This document shows, one piece after another, positions 7,801 through 17,323 of a DNA stretch of 46,650 nucleotides. Source of the stretch: a virus (lineage: Duplodnaviria > Caudoviricetes). The stretch spans positions 1-46,650 of the IMG/VR virus record IMGVR_UViG_3300046710_000270, one strand, 5' to 3'. The notes beneath the pieces were generated by a model that saw only the letters and a program-made list of their open reading frames with translations, ran no database searches and was not told where the DNA came from. The position numbers and the translations under genes were made by a program. Position 1 is the stretch's first letter. Every line of letters begins with the position of its first letter.

Positions 7801-10227
7801 TTATCTCCTGCGCGGGTTCATGCCGCGCGCCTGCCAGTAGGGACCGCCGTTGATATCGTCCTCGATCATGACGCCCACCACCCATTTTTTCATGGAGTCG
7901 TCCCAGCGGGGCTGGGCGTCCGGGGTGACTTTCGAGCCGCTATTGTTCTGGACGAGCACAGTCACGTTCGGGGTTACGCTCGGGGCCCCGCCCTTGGGAA
8001 TGACGGTCTCGCCGCGCTGCAGGATGGCCGCGTATTCGTCCGATGCCAGGCCCGAATGCAGGCGCGGGGCGTTGGCGAATGTGGACGGCGGCACCCAGCG
8101 CAGCGGCACCTGCGTCGCGCCGACCACGCCGCCCGAATGGTATATCCCCGGCACGTAGTTCGCGTTCGCGGGTACCCCGCCCGAGATGCCTTCCACCGAT
8201 TGCGTACCGCCGGAAAAAAATCTGGTGACCAGGGAAGCGAGCGAGCCTACAAGCCCGCCGCCCGAAGGCGCGCCGCCCGGTCCTGTGGCCCCGAGGAGCT
8301 GGCGCATCACCTGGTTGGAGAGATAGTCGGCGAAGATCCTCCGGAAGGAGTTGGCGAGATCGGCCAACGAAAAATTCATCGGGTCGAAAAAAAAGTCGGA
8401 GAAGGCCTGCTGCATCGTGCCGGCCGACTTCTTCGCCAGGTCCTCGCCCTGCTTGAACGCCCCGCCGATTTCATACCCGAAGTTTACGGCACCGCGCGTG
8501 ATGCCTTCCTGGAGGGTCCCCGTGAATTCTTTGGCTTGCACAGCCAGGTCGGTCAATTTGTTGCGCGTCTCTTCGATCTGTTTGGCTTGCGTGAGCCAGG
8601 CCGTGTTGTCTGACGTCTCGCTGAGGGTCGAGAGATAGGCCTCCTGTTTGGTGAGGAGATCGCCGTAGAGCGTGATCAATTGCTGCGTGGCAGCGGGCCG
8701 CGTGATCTCGTAGCTTTTCGCCGCCCGCTCAACGCCGGCGATGGATGCTTCGATGGCCGCCTGGCCCGCGCGTTGCGAAAGCTCCGCCCGGATCCGCGCC
8801 TGGTTCTGATCCCGCTTCGCGTCGATCTTCGCGGCCTCTGCCTCATAGTCGGCGGCCGATTTGGAGGCCAATTCCTTGAGCTTCCTGGCGCTCTCCTCCT
8901 CTGCGAACAGGCGCTTGCCCAACTCGTCCGCGAGGTATCCGGTGATCTCTTTCTCGTATTCCTCGCGGTCCATGGCGAGCGCCTGGTTGTTCTGCCGCGT
9001 CTCCTCGGCCCAGGTCTCCTCCTCTTTCCTGCGCTCGGCCCGGTTCTTGAGGTATTCGGCCATGTCCGTGTAATTCACGGCGGTGGCCTTCCACAGATCG
9101 ACCTGCTTTTTGTCGATCCCCCCCTCGGAGAACTTTTTAGACTGCTGGTTGATCTCGTTGAGCTTTTTCTGCACGTCATCGAGCGCCGGGTTGAGATTGT
9201 TGATCGATACCTTCCACGCGTCGAACTGCTTGGCGAGCGCTTCGATATTGTCTTTTGCCTTCGCCGCATCTGTCGCGGCTTTTATGGCTTCCATCTTGGC
9301 CTTGGCACTGGCCTCAGCGGCCTTGATGGCGCCTTCCTTGCTGGCGGCCATGGTGTCAGGGCCGTATGCCCAGTCCTGGACATCGGGCATGCGCGCCATC
9401 CTGATCTTTTCCAGGTCCTCGGGCGTCGTCCCCATCATGTTCGCGGCGACCACGGTCTTCGCGTAATTGGCCAGCTTGCCGAAGGCGTCCGCCACCTCGC
9501 CTGTGATGGTCACGGCGAGTTTCGCCAGGTTCTCCGTCAGGTCCTGCACGTCGGCTTTGTTGCGCTGCAGGCGCTCGGATGCGTCGTCCACGACGGGTCC
9601 CAGTTTGGCGAGTTTCACCTGTAGGTTTTCGTAGGCGAGTCCGAGGAGATCCACGTTCTCGACGCCGGCGGCGATCGCCCTGTTGACAATGCCCATCTGC
9701 TCGGTCGTCATCAGGCCGAACTGCTTCAGTGCCCGGGGCATCTGATTGGCGACGGAATCGGTGATCCGGTCCACGGCCTCGGCGACGCTTATCCCCTGGG
9801 TCCGTGCGGTGACGCGCGCCATCTCGCTGATCTGGACCATGTTGCCCGCGGTGAGGCCCTGGGTCATGCCCTTGATAGCCTTTTGCATCAGGTCGGACTC
9901 GTCTACCGTGCCGGCCACGGCCCTGCTCATGGACCCTATCAATTCCCTTCCGCTTCCCGCGGCGGTGCTCGTGAGTTCCTTAAAGCTGGCTTCTACCTGC
10001 TGGACCTTTGCGCCCAGCTCGATGAGGTTGCGGATGACGTAGGTCGATGCGAAGGCCCCCGCGAGCGCAATCCAGTTTGCCTGCAGCGTGGTGAAAACGC
10101 CGCTGAGCTTCCCCCAGGCGGAGGAAGTTGTCGCCGCCGCCGCCTCGCCTTTCCTTCCTATTTGGTCAAGGGCCTCGGCAGCGCTCCTGCTGTCGCCGGT
10201 CAAAACGATTTTTACTTCATTCTGCAT
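7801..10227 (-). CDS. Tail tape measure protein
   Basis: 808 aa, helical and A/K/E-rich; C-terminal YHSGGVVG...PRLHSG...AILQRGETVIP. Confidence 0.9.
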   Translation of the reverse strand: MQNEVKIVLTGDSRSAAEALDQIGRKGEAAAATTSSAWGKLSGVFTTLQANWIALAGAFASTYVIRNLIELGAKVQQVEASFKELTSTAAGSGRELIGSMSRAVAGTVDESDLMQKAIKGMTQGLTAGNMVQISEMARVTARTQGISVAEAVDRITDSVANQMPRALKQFGLMTTEQMGIVNRAIAAGVENVDLLGLAYENLQVKLAKLGPVVDDASERLQRNKADVQDLTENLAKLAVTITGEVADAFGKLANYAKTVVAANMMGTTPEDLEKIRMARMPDVQDWAYGPDTMAASKEGAIKAAEASAKAKMEAIKAATDAAKAKDNIEALAKQFDAWKVSINNLNPALDDVQKKLNEINQQSKKFSEGGIDKKQVDLWKATAVNYTDMAEYLKNRAERRKEEETWAEETRQNNQALAMDREEYEKEITGYLADELGKRLFAEEESARKLKELASKSAADYEAEAAKIDAKRDQNQARIRAELSQRAGQAAIEASIAGVERAAKSYEITRPAATQQLITLYGDLLTKQEAYLSTLSETSDNTAWLTQAKQIEETRNKLTDLAVQAKEFTGTLQEGITRGAVNFGYEIGGAFKQGEDLAKKSAGTMQQAFSDFFFDPMNFSLADLANSFRRIFADYLSNQVMRQLLGATGPGGAPSGGGLVGSLASLVTRFFSGGTQSVEGISGGVPANANYVPGIYHSGGVVGATQVPLRWVPPSTFANAPRLHSGLASDEYAAILQRGETVIPKGGAPSVTPNVTVLVQNNSGSKVTPDAQPRWDDSMKKWVVGVMIEDDINGGPYWQARGMNPRRR

Positions 10228-10658
10228 TCAATTGGTCTCCTGACCGTTTCCCCTTCCCCTTCAGGGGGAAGGCAGGAATGGGGGTGGGTTGTCGTATCAT
10301 GCATACCATCCCCACCCTTCCCTCCCCTTGAAGCGCACTGCCCGCACGTCCACTCGAAAAACTCTCCATGCTCCCACCTGCACTTTTTCTTTTGCGCTTC
10401 GCTGCATCCTTCTTCTTCGGCCGGCCCGACTCCCAGGAACGCGAGGACCGTTTCCCGGAACGTGATCTGCCTGAGGCCTGCTCTCAGGTAGGGCTCGCAC
10501 TCGTCGGGGGTGAATCCCCAGAGGATCCCGTCTCGTTTTGTGATGTCCCCTCCGGAGAGGATGACACACCATTCTTCGATCCAAGCGACCCCATCACCGC
10601 CGCCACCATCTTTTCTATGCTTTCCCGCTGAAACTGCAGCGGGTTGCAGACGAAAAAA
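10212..10658 (-). CDS. Tail assembly chaperone T-like extension reached by -1 frameshift
   Basis: Open -1 frame relative to 10484-10948, ending by overlapping the tape measure start. Confidence 0.65.
   Translation of the reverse strand, partial: FFRLQPAAVSAGKHRKDGGGGDGVAWIEEWCVILSGGDITKRDGILWGFTPDECEPYLRAGLRQITFRETVLAFLGVGPAEEEGCSEAQKKKCRWEHGEFFEWTCGQCASRGGKGGDGMHDTTTHPHSCLPPEGEGETVRRPIECRMK
10246..10333. repeat. CCCCTT(C/G)A-GGGG hairpin element (related copies near 33133-33239, 33978-34029, 35217-35254, 40948-40985)
   Basis: Recurrent palindromic CCCCTTCAGGGG / CCCTCTCCC...GGGAGAGGG modules. Confidence 0.75.
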
Positions 10659-10948
10659 TCCTCTATCACCTGGCATGACGTTTCGATGTCGATCCCGAAG
10701 GCGATCTCATCCGCCAGGACGTCCAGGTCCTTATTTTGAGGCGTTTTACCTTCTTCGGTCAGCACGATCGCAAAGGCACGCGGGAGGCTCGGGCCGAGCA
10801 CGGTCACGATGGTCAGGGGCTGCGGATCCACGGGAATCTTCATCTCCGGCAGGTACCTGGTGAGCTGGTTGATCTGCCCAAGGACAAGCTTACGCTGGAT
10901 GAATACCTTTGAACCAATGTTGTATTTAAATTCCTTCTTTTCTTCCAT
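10484..10948 (-). CDS. Tail assembly chaperone (gpG-like)
   Basis: Between tail tube and tape measure genes; contains a slippery site. Confidence 0.75.
   Translation of the reverse strand: MEEKKEFKYNIGSKVFIQRKLVLGQINQLTRYLPEMKIPVDPQPLTIVTVLGPSLPRAFAIVLTEEGKTPQNKDLDVLADEIAFGIDIETSCQVIEDFFVCNPLQFQRESIEKMVAAVMGSLGSKNGVSSSPEGTSQNETGSSGDSPPTSASPT
10624..10658 (-). promoter_or_regulatory. Programmed -1 frameshift signal
   Basis: T TTT TTC heptamer (10652-10658), 8-nt spacer, then CCCGCTG-CAGTTT-CAGCGGG hairpin. Confidence 0.75.
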
Positions 10949-10962
10949 TGAACCTCCAGGGA

Positions 10963-11054
10963 ATTATTGATTACTGATTATTGATTACTAACTGCCGGCA
11001 CCCCTCGACCCCTTGAACCCTTGAACCCCTGACCCCTTGAACCCTTGAACCCTG
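10963..11054. repeat. Intergenic ATTGATT heptamer repeat plus CCCTTGAA repeat
   Basis: Seen directly; 10977-10996 is identical to 26591-26610. Confidence 0.85.
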
Positions 11055-11060
11055 TCCTTC

Positions 11061-12548
11061 CTACGCCGCAGCGGTGGCTATCTTGTTCGCTATCTCGCAG
11101 ATCACCGAGCCGTAGGTGAGGTCCTGCAGGACCTGCAGGTCTCCTGCTTCCGCGAGGACTTTGCCGTTGACACTGAAGGTGTCTTTGAGCACGCTGCAGC
11201 GCGGGAAAATCAATTTCACGTAGTAGTTCTTGCCGTCCTCAAACTCCGCGCCCGTGGCGACCATGGAAATCCCGAAGTTCTCATTGTCGAGCATGCGCTG
11301 CTGGAGGATGAACTCCCTGGCCTCGCGGTTCAGCTTGATGGTCTGCTGCCTGCCCAGGCGGAGCATGTAGCTCGCATACGTACCCGTGCCGCCGACCCGG
11401 TATTCGATGGCGACCTGGTTGGAAAGCGTGTGCTCGATGGAGTCGATCTCCGGTCCGAGGGTGCGGCCGCCGACGAACGCCGTGCCGTTCCATGTCCCGC
11501 CGACGATGACGACCAGGTCGGTTACCCTCAGGGGCGGCTCGACTACACGCGCGGGGAACGTCATCCAGCCGGTCTCCGCCGGCACGTAGAGGATCTCGAA
11601 ATCGACCAGGGTCTCTACGGCGATCGTGGCGGTGCCTGCGGCTTCGTCGACGATAGCCTCCTCCGTCGTAATATCATGCGCCGAGACGGTGGCCGCCGTA
11701 AACGGACCCGGGTTGCTCACGGTATCCGTGATGGTGATGGCGTCGCCCTGGACGATGCCCGCGGCCACGAAGTCCTGGAGGGCCGAGGTGATATGTTTGC
11801 CCGTCTCGACAAAAGTTATGTCCGTGCCCGTAACCACGCGTGTGTGAGGGGTGATGGTGATCACCGAAGGCGCTGCGCCCGTTACCACCGTGTAGGTGAC
11901 CTCCTCCCATTCGCCGGTGCCCGCCCGGACCCTGACCTGGTGGACGTTGTCAAGGCGGGCCTGAGCGTCCGACCCTTGCACGGTGGTGGTTCCCGCGAGG
12001 GGGAGCGACGCCGCGTTGTAGGCAGCGCTGACGGTCTCTTTCGTCATATTGGTCGCGTATTTACCCGTGCCCTTGACCCCGACCACGCATTTCGCCCATG
12101 AATCCTTCGCGAACGTCGAGCTGATCGTGTCCACGAAGAGGCTTGAGAAGAGGCGTTTCATGATGGTCTGGCCGTACCGCTGTGCCGCGGTGAAGGAGGG
12201 CAGGAACTGATCGAGCGCGGGTGTGATCGGGTGCTTGTACCCGGTGCCCCAGGGCACGACCGTGCCGGGCAGGCCGAGCCCGTAAGCATAGGCGAGCAGA
12301 AAGTCCTGCGCCTTTGCTTTGTTGAAGTTGAGCGTGGCCATGGAGAGGGCCCCGAGGTCGTAGACGTCGGTGGGTTCTTCCGTGCCCGTCTGCTCGTCCG
12401 CGTTGTTCTCGCGACGGGGATCGAGGCCGATGATATCGGCCTTTGCGACGGAGAGCTTGTGGGAGAGCGTCTGCGCGGTATTGAGCGCCGTCTCTTTGGA
12501 TAGGAGCGACACCGCGATCTCATTATAATCAGCCAGGTAGTTTCTCAT
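11061..12548 (-). CDS. Major tail tube protein with inserted beta-rich domain(s)
   Basis: Position before chaperone and tape measure genes; central T/V-rich segment; no sheath gene present. Confidence 0.7.
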   Translation of the reverse strand: MRNYLADYNEIAVSLLSKETALNTAQTLSHKLSVAKADIIGLDPRRENNADEQTGTEEPTDVYDLGALSMATLNFNKAKAQDFLLAYAYGLGLPGTVVPWGTGYKHPITPALDQFLPSFTAAQRYGQTIMKRLFSSLFVDTISSTFAKDSWAKCVVGVKGTGKYATNMTKETVSAAYNAASLPLAGTTTVQGSDAQARLDNVHQVRVRAGTGEWEEVTYTVVTGAAPSVITITPHTRVVTGTDITFVETGKHITSALQDFVAAGIVQGDAITITDTVSNPGPFTAATVSAHDITTEEAIVDEAAGTATIAVETLVDFEILYVPAETGWMTFPARVVEPPLRVTDLVVIVGGTWNGTAFVGGRTLGPEIDSIEHTLSNQVAIEYRVGGTGTYASYMLRLGRQQTIKLNREAREFILQQRMLDNENFGISMVATGAEFEDGKNYYVKLIFPRCSVLKDTFSVNGKVLAEAGDLQVLQDLTYGSVICEIANKIATAAA

Positions 12549-12568
12549 GTGGACCTCCTTCGTCGGTT

Positions 12569-12643
12569 GGGTGATAGGTCATGGGTGATAGGCGATAGGT
12601 GATAGGTTCGAACCCATGACCTCTAACCTGAAACCTATGACCA
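12569..12643. repeat. GATAGGT / CATGACC heptamer element (related copies near 31399-31427 and 31967-32028)
   Basis: Seen directly. Confidence 0.8.
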
Positions 12644-12647
12644 TTTT

Positions 12648-13094
12648 TTATAACTCGTCTTTATCCTCATACACCGTCAAACTCAGCTCGCAGTAATGAC
12701 AGAGCACCGCGCCGAACATGCGCGCGTCGATCAGCTCGGCCTGGATGAAATCGTGGCCGAGCGCGGCGCCGGAGAGCGGCTGGCCATCCCTGAACTTAGC
12801 CGCAATCGCTTCGATCAGGGCGTTAAACGTCTTCTCAGTTGCCGCCGCGTCATTGATCCCCATGTAGCCCCGGATCACATAGATATGCGACCGGACAGGC
12901 ATATTGTCTTCTTTCACGGCCCGCCTGCCGATCTCCCAGCCCCGGATCTGCGGCGTACCACTGATGGTTGTTTTGAACAGGTTGATGAACGTGGCCCAGT
13001 CAGCGGCCCACCGTTCATAGTCGTAGACCTTGCCGATGTCGGTCACGGCGGCCAGAAGGTTATAGATCGCGGTTCTTATGCCTGACTCAGTCAC
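12648..13094 (-). CDS. Putative tail terminator/completion protein
   Basis: Synteny between neck and tube genes; GTG start with GGAGG. Confidence 0.6.
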   Translation of the reverse strand: MTESGIRTAIYNLLAAVTDIGKVYDYERWAADWATFINLFKTTISGTPQIRGWEIGRRAVKEDNMPVRSHIYVIRGYMGINDAAATEKTFNALIEAIAAKFRDGQPLSGAALGHDFIQAELIDARMFGAVLCHYCELSLTVYEDKDEL

Positions 13095-13221
13095 GGTCGA
13101 CCTCCGGTGAAAAAGAGGGTTCCAGGGTTCTAGGGTTCCAGGGTTCCAGGGTAACTGCTTGACCCCTTGACCCCTTGGCCCCTATGCTTTCCCTGACCCC
13201 TTGGACCCTATCCTTATCCAT
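13087..13221 (-). CDS. 44-aa repeat-derived bridging mini-ORF
   Basis: MDKDRVQG...LEPWNPRTLEP...EVDRD; 8-nt overlaps with both neighbours. Confidence 0.4.
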   Translation of the reverse strand: MDKDRVQGVRESIGAKGSRGQAVTLEPWNPRTLEPSFSPEVDRD

Positions 13222-13717
13222 TTAACTTCCTCGCCAGGTCGAATCCCGCGCGCTCGCCCATCGCCTGGATCGCAGGCCAGCCACGGTTAAGCGCGCCCTC
13301 GAACATCTCGGCGCCGGGGAATCCCCTGCGGCCGATCTTACGCCTCACGACGAATTCGATCCGCTGCGCCTCTTTCTCGCTCAAACCCAGTTTCACTTCC
13401 AGCCAGCGCACGAGCGTACCCGAGGGAGGCATGGCCTTGCCTCCGGTGCGCCCCTTCTCAATCACGTTGCCATATTGTGGCCTTCCATGTCCCACCACGC
13501 CTTTCACGAGCGGCGTGCCCTTGCCGGTCACCTCGCCCGATATCGTGGAGAGCAGACCGCCCTGAGCGCCGTAAACACCCGTCGGCGTGCCGCGCTTCAC
13601 CTCGCGTTCAAGGTACGTGACCGCCTCCTGCATGAACCCGGTCAAAGCCGCGTTGATAATCTCCGGGGCCTTCCCTTCGAAAACCGCGCCTTTGGCTGTG
13701 ACGGTTACGGAATACAT
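13214..13717 (-). CDS. Neck / tail completion protein (HK97 gp10-like)
   Basis: TP.G...G.L.STI, YG.VIE.G and RKIGRRG.P...MF motifs. Confidence 0.7.
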   Translation of the reverse strand: MYSVTVTAKGAVFEGKAPEIINAALTGFMQEAVTYLEREVKRGTPTGVYGAQGGLLSTISGEVTGKGTPLVKGVVGHGRPQYGNVIEKGRTGGKAMPPSGTLVRWLEVKLGLSEKEAQRIEFVVRRKIGRRGFPGAEMFEGALNRGWPAIQAMGERAGFDLARKLNG

Positions 13718-13830
13718 AAACCACCAAGAGGTTCCAGGGTTCCAGGGTTCGAGTCTAACCCTTGACCCCTTGGACCCTTGGACCCTTGGACCCTTGGACC
13801 CCTGGCACCTTGAACCCTGTCTTCTATCAT
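13705..13830 (-). CDS. 41-aa repeat-derived bridging mini-ORF
   Basis: ATGA overlap upstream, 13-nt overlap downstream; spans the repeat at 13728-13819. Confidence 0.4.
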   Translation of the reverse strand: MIEDRVQGARGPRVQGSKGPRGQGLDSNPGTLEPLGGLCIP

Positions 13831-14504
13831 CTTTTCCGTCTCGCCCACCTGGGGTGGGTGAGCCTGTCGCCTCCGCCCGGGTAGTTTTCGCTCATGTCCG
13901 TGACTGCCGATGCGGCCATGACCGTGTCATCCTCTTTTATGCCCATCTGGTCCTTATAGTACTGCGCGTAACGCTTGGCCCGTGCCGCAAATTCGCTCGG
14001 TTTGCTGCGATAGTTGACCGCGTCCGCGTTGATGGTCGAGTCGCCCGTCTGCGCGTAGGCGTTGGCAAGCTGCTCCAGCGCGTGCGCGGCTGCAAGATTT
14101 TCGAGAGCTGCAACATCGATGTCCGGGACATCATCCCCGGTCCGGATCGCGGTGATGGTGACGCGGATCGCATACGAGGCCGTGAAATCGGAGACGAGCT
14201 GAATCATGGCCGCGCGATCGAGTACGAGATATTCTTCCGGATCCATAAGGGTCGGGGGCCTGTCGCCGATCGGATACTCGACGCTCACGACGGACGAAAA
14301 CTCCGGACTCCAGGAAGAAGGCAGATTGAACTGCCCCAGGCCGTCTCCCGCGATGTCCTCGATCACCCTGAACGGCTTATCCTTCGTATAGCGCAGCAGC
14401 GCAGCCGTGATCGCGCGGTCGTAATCGGTAGGATTGACGAGCTTCCCCGCGTCATCGGCCACGATCGCGATCACGTTCGCGCGGATGTCGGTGAGACTAC
14501 TCAT
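13827..14504 (-). CDS. Putative head-tail adaptor
   Basis: Synteny; helical N- and C-termini typical of adaptors. Confidence 0.6.
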   Translation of the reverse strand: MSSLTDIRANVIAIVADDAGKLVNPTDYDRAITAALLRYTKDKPFRVIEDIAGDGLGQFNLPSSWSPEFSSVVSVEYPIGDRPPTLMDPEEYLVLDRAAMIQLVSDFTASYAIRVTITAIRTGDDVPDIDVAALENLAAAHALEQLANAYAQTGDSTINADAVNYRSKPSEFAARAKRYAQYYKDQMGIKEDDTVMAASAVTDMSENYPGGGDRLTHPRWARRKR

Positions 14505-14615
14505 ATGCTCGCTCCGCTCGCCGTTGATGCGTTGATGCCTGCGCCTGCGGCGCCGTAATTAGTTGATGCGTTGCCAGGGAGATCGCTATTTTCAAGAGAG
14601 CCTTCACGCCTTCCG

Positions 14616-16190
14616 TCATCTCATCCACATGATGCAACTTGTCCCGTTCGGGCAGGGGACTGTGGGGGGGGAGCCGCCGACGTATTTGTATGCGCCGATG
14701 TCCCAGGCTCCAGAACGGGCGTTTCCAAGGATGTCAGTGGTGAATACACTTCCGAGAGCACTTAAATCAATTCCATTATTCTTTGCCACTGTGTCTGTTG
14801 TGCTTAAACTGAGATTGCTTGAAAATGATCTTTCCGTATAACTAGTAAACGTAGAGGATGTAACGGTACCTGATGCAACTGAATAAACAGGATCGTTATT
14901 CGCATTTGAACACACAAAAGCAGATGATCCCGACGCTCCAGCACCTATTACATTATGATCGATAGTCAGATCACCACAGGCAGCATCTCGGTAGTCCCGT
15001 ATATAACCGGCGGAACCGCCAGAAGTGTGGCTGTTGAAGATTATATTATTCTGAAATCTAACATCTGACAGGGTAGTCACACTAGCAGGAATTACAAGGC
15101 GGAAAACCTGAGACTCCAGAGAATCAACGAAGGTGTTTCCGACAATATATATCCTTCCGGCAACAGTATCCCCATCTGCTATAATCCCACCTTCTATCGT
15201 GGCATTAGAATCGGGAGAAATAAAGACGTTATTAACCAACCAAAAGTCCTCTACTGAGCCATCAGGAACACTACGATTGGTACTCCAACAAGCATACCCA
15301 CAACCACGAAATATATTATTCCATATTCTTGTTTGCGGCCCATTGGTCTGAATTGTGTCAGGATGCTGGCAGTCAGGATAGTGGTCTACTTGAAGCGCAT
15401 AGGTAAATATGTTGTTATAAATGTCTAGTCCGTAAGAACCTTCAATAGAATCTGACCCCCCGCTGGCATACCCCTGCCAATTATTCTCAAGTTCGTTATG
15501 ATGTATTCTAGTATTGCTAAGAACACCCAAATCTGTTCCACCAACTGCATTGATTGCGTGGTTTCCCAACACTCTGTATATCTTACAATAGGATATTTCG
15601 GTGTCACGTCCTGACCGAACTTGAAGGCCTTGACCTATTTCATGTATTTCAAGGTATCTAATTCTTGTCCCGGTGTGCATAGAACCATTGCTGAAAAACA
15701 CCACACCACCAAGGCTATCGCAGTCCTTTACGCCGTTGGTGATCTCCCAGTTTCTTGTCCCGTTTTTCTCTCCGTCAATGGTGATATAGCTCAAATTTCC
15801 TGCTTGGATAGCGCCCCATTGACCATTCAAATCAAAGATGACTTTTCCTCCATGACTTGCGTAGCCGGTACTGGTATCCTTTGCCCCGGTTGCTATCGTG
15901 ATCCTATGGGTATCATCAGTTCCCTGAGCCCCCACGTTAAGCATAGCGGTGGGATAAGATAGAGTCCCTGCCGTATATGTTCTAGAAACAACATCCCCAC
16001 TTAAATATAGTGTATCACTTGCATTTACTTTTCCACTTCCCCACTGAACGTCGGCAAGTGCAGCCCACCCCTTCGCCCATGTGGTACCATCACAGGAGCT
16101 TGCGCAGTCTGGATTGACATACCAGTTTGTGGAATAGCAGGGGGTAGTCAAAATAATAAAGGAAAGAAATAAAATAAGGTTTTTTATCAT
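14616..16190 (-). CDS. Secreted right-handed beta-helix (pectate lyase-like) protein
   Basis: Signal peptide MIKNLILFLSFIILTTPCYS; N-rich I.NN repeats; HPDTIQ; C-terminal DILGNAR...WDIGAY; AT-richer than its surroundings. Confidence 0.75.
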   Translation of the reverse strand: MIKNLILFLSFIILTTPCYSTNWYVNPDCASSCDGTTWAKGWAALADVQWGSGKVNASDTLYLSGDVVSRTYTAGTLSYPTAMLNVGAQGTDDTHRITIATGAKDTSTGYASHGGKVIFDLNGQWGAIQAGNLSYITIDGEKNGTRNWEITNGVKDCDSLGGVVFFSNGSMHTGTRIRYLEIHEIGQGLQVRSGRDTEISYCKIYRVLGNHAINAVGGTDLGVLSNTRIHHNELENNWQGYASGGSDSIEGSYGLDIYNNIFTYALQVDHYPDCQHPDTIQTNGPQTRIWNNIFRGCGYACWSTNRSVPDGSVEDFWLVNNVFISPDSNATIEGGIIADGDTVAGRIYIVGNTFVDSLESQVFRLVIPASVTTLSDVRFQNNIIFNSHTSGGSAGYIRDYRDAACGDLTIDHNVIGAGASGSSAFVCSNANNDPVYSVASGTVTSSTFTSYTERSFSSNLSLSTTDTVAKNNGIDLSALGSVFTTDILGNARSGAWDIGAYKYVGGSPPTVPCPNGTSCIMWMR

Positions 16191-16759
16191 TCTATCCACA
16201 TCCTTAACCCATAGGCTACAGTACCATTTCCCGGCCCTGTCATTGGGTCAGGCAATGTTGGATAGGTAACAGAAGCCCAATGGTGGACACCGGCATCGCT
16301 TTTAAAGGACCAATAGTATGCGCCATCACAGACATTTCCAATAGTCAAAGTATCCGAGGATGAAACAGCGGTTGAGGTGACATCAACATCCAACCAAACT
16401 AACGTGTCTAAGGGACCATAGGTTTGCTCAACAAGTTTATCCCAATGAGAATCGCCACTAGACCACTTATAGAGAGCAATCTTGCAACCAGTTTCTATAT
16501 AGTGGTTCCCCAAAATAGATAATTTAGTGACATTCCCAGTGGTAAGGGTTGATACGTTCGACGAAATCATATAAGCAGTCCCATTTGATGAATCGTTGCT
16601 TGGATAGTCGTCTGCATTAGCTGTACCTGCATAGTACCAAGCCCCTGCCGCCGCCACGGTCCCACCGCAAATGCCGGTCATACTCCCCTGGATCACCTGA
16701 GCATGGACAGGCACAATGAAGAGTAGACAAAGCAACGTCGCCAGGACGAGTCTTTTCAT
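16187..16759 (-). CDS. Secreted hypothetical protein
   Basis: Signal peptide MKRLVLATLLCLLFIVPVHA; AT-rich body. Confidence 0.7.
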   Translation of the reverse strand: MKRLVLATLLCLLFIVPVHAQVIQGSMTGICGGTVAAAGAWYYAGTANADDYPSNDSSNGTAYMISSNVSTLTTGNVTKLSILGNHYIETGCKIALYKWSSGDSHWDKLVEQTYGPLDTLVWLDVDVTSTAVSSSDTLTIGNVCDGAYYWSFKSDAGVHHWASVTYPTLPDPMTGPGNGTVAYGLRMWIE

Positions 16760-17016
16760 GTTTTTGCCTCGATCGCTTTGTGTGCGTCATCCACCGACAG
16801 GCCCAGGCGTGAAAGGTGCGGTATCATCTGAGTCACGACGGGGATTTCTACCGGCGGTTTCTTCTCAGCCTCGGCAACCTGTGCACTTAAATCGGCTGCT
16901 GCCTTGGTTGCGTCGCCTATCCATCCGCGCAGCTTTTCTTTTGTGTCCTCCGGGAACAGCTTCTGGCAGGTCTCCAGGTCTTCTTTAGTGTTGATCCATT
17001 TTGGAAAACCTCGCAT
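16756..17016 (-). CDS. Hypothetical protein downstream of the DGR
   Basis: GGAGGAG RBS; ATGA coupling to the next gene. Confidence 0.7.
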   Translation of the reverse strand: MRGFPKWINTKEDLETCQKLFPEDTKEKLRGWIGDATKAAADLSAQVAEAEKKPPVEIPVVTQMIPHLSRLGLSVDDAHKAIEAKT

Positions 17017-17026
17017 TTCTTCCTCC

Positions 17027-17323
17027 CTAAGACAGCGTGTAGTACCTGTCTATCCTTTTGATCGTCGCGAGAAACGGGATCTCCGATCCGTATTTCTCGA
17101 CCTGTTCGATGAGGATTGACGAGCCGCTGAAGAGCACGTACCTTTGCGCGTCCAGCGCGAATTGTAAGGTGAGGCAGCGGCCGGAGCCTTCGTCCGTGAA
17201 CTTACTCCCTCGTACCTTGAAGCCGGTGACAAGGATCTCCTTATTGATGACGCTGTCGATCTTCATCTTTGCCCCGTCCAGGGGCGTGATTTCGGTAGCA
17301 AACTCGCTGAACCGCTTAGGCAT
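17027..17323 (-). CDS. RT-coupled 98-aa protein, candidate DGR accessory factor
   Basis: MPKRFSEF... start overlaps the RT stop by 8 nt. Confidence 0.7.
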   Translation of the reverse strand: MPKRFSEFATEITPLDGAKMKIDSVINKEILVTGFKVRGSKFTDEGSGRCLTLQFALDAQRYVLFSGSSILIEQVEKYGSEIPFLATIKRIDRYYTLS

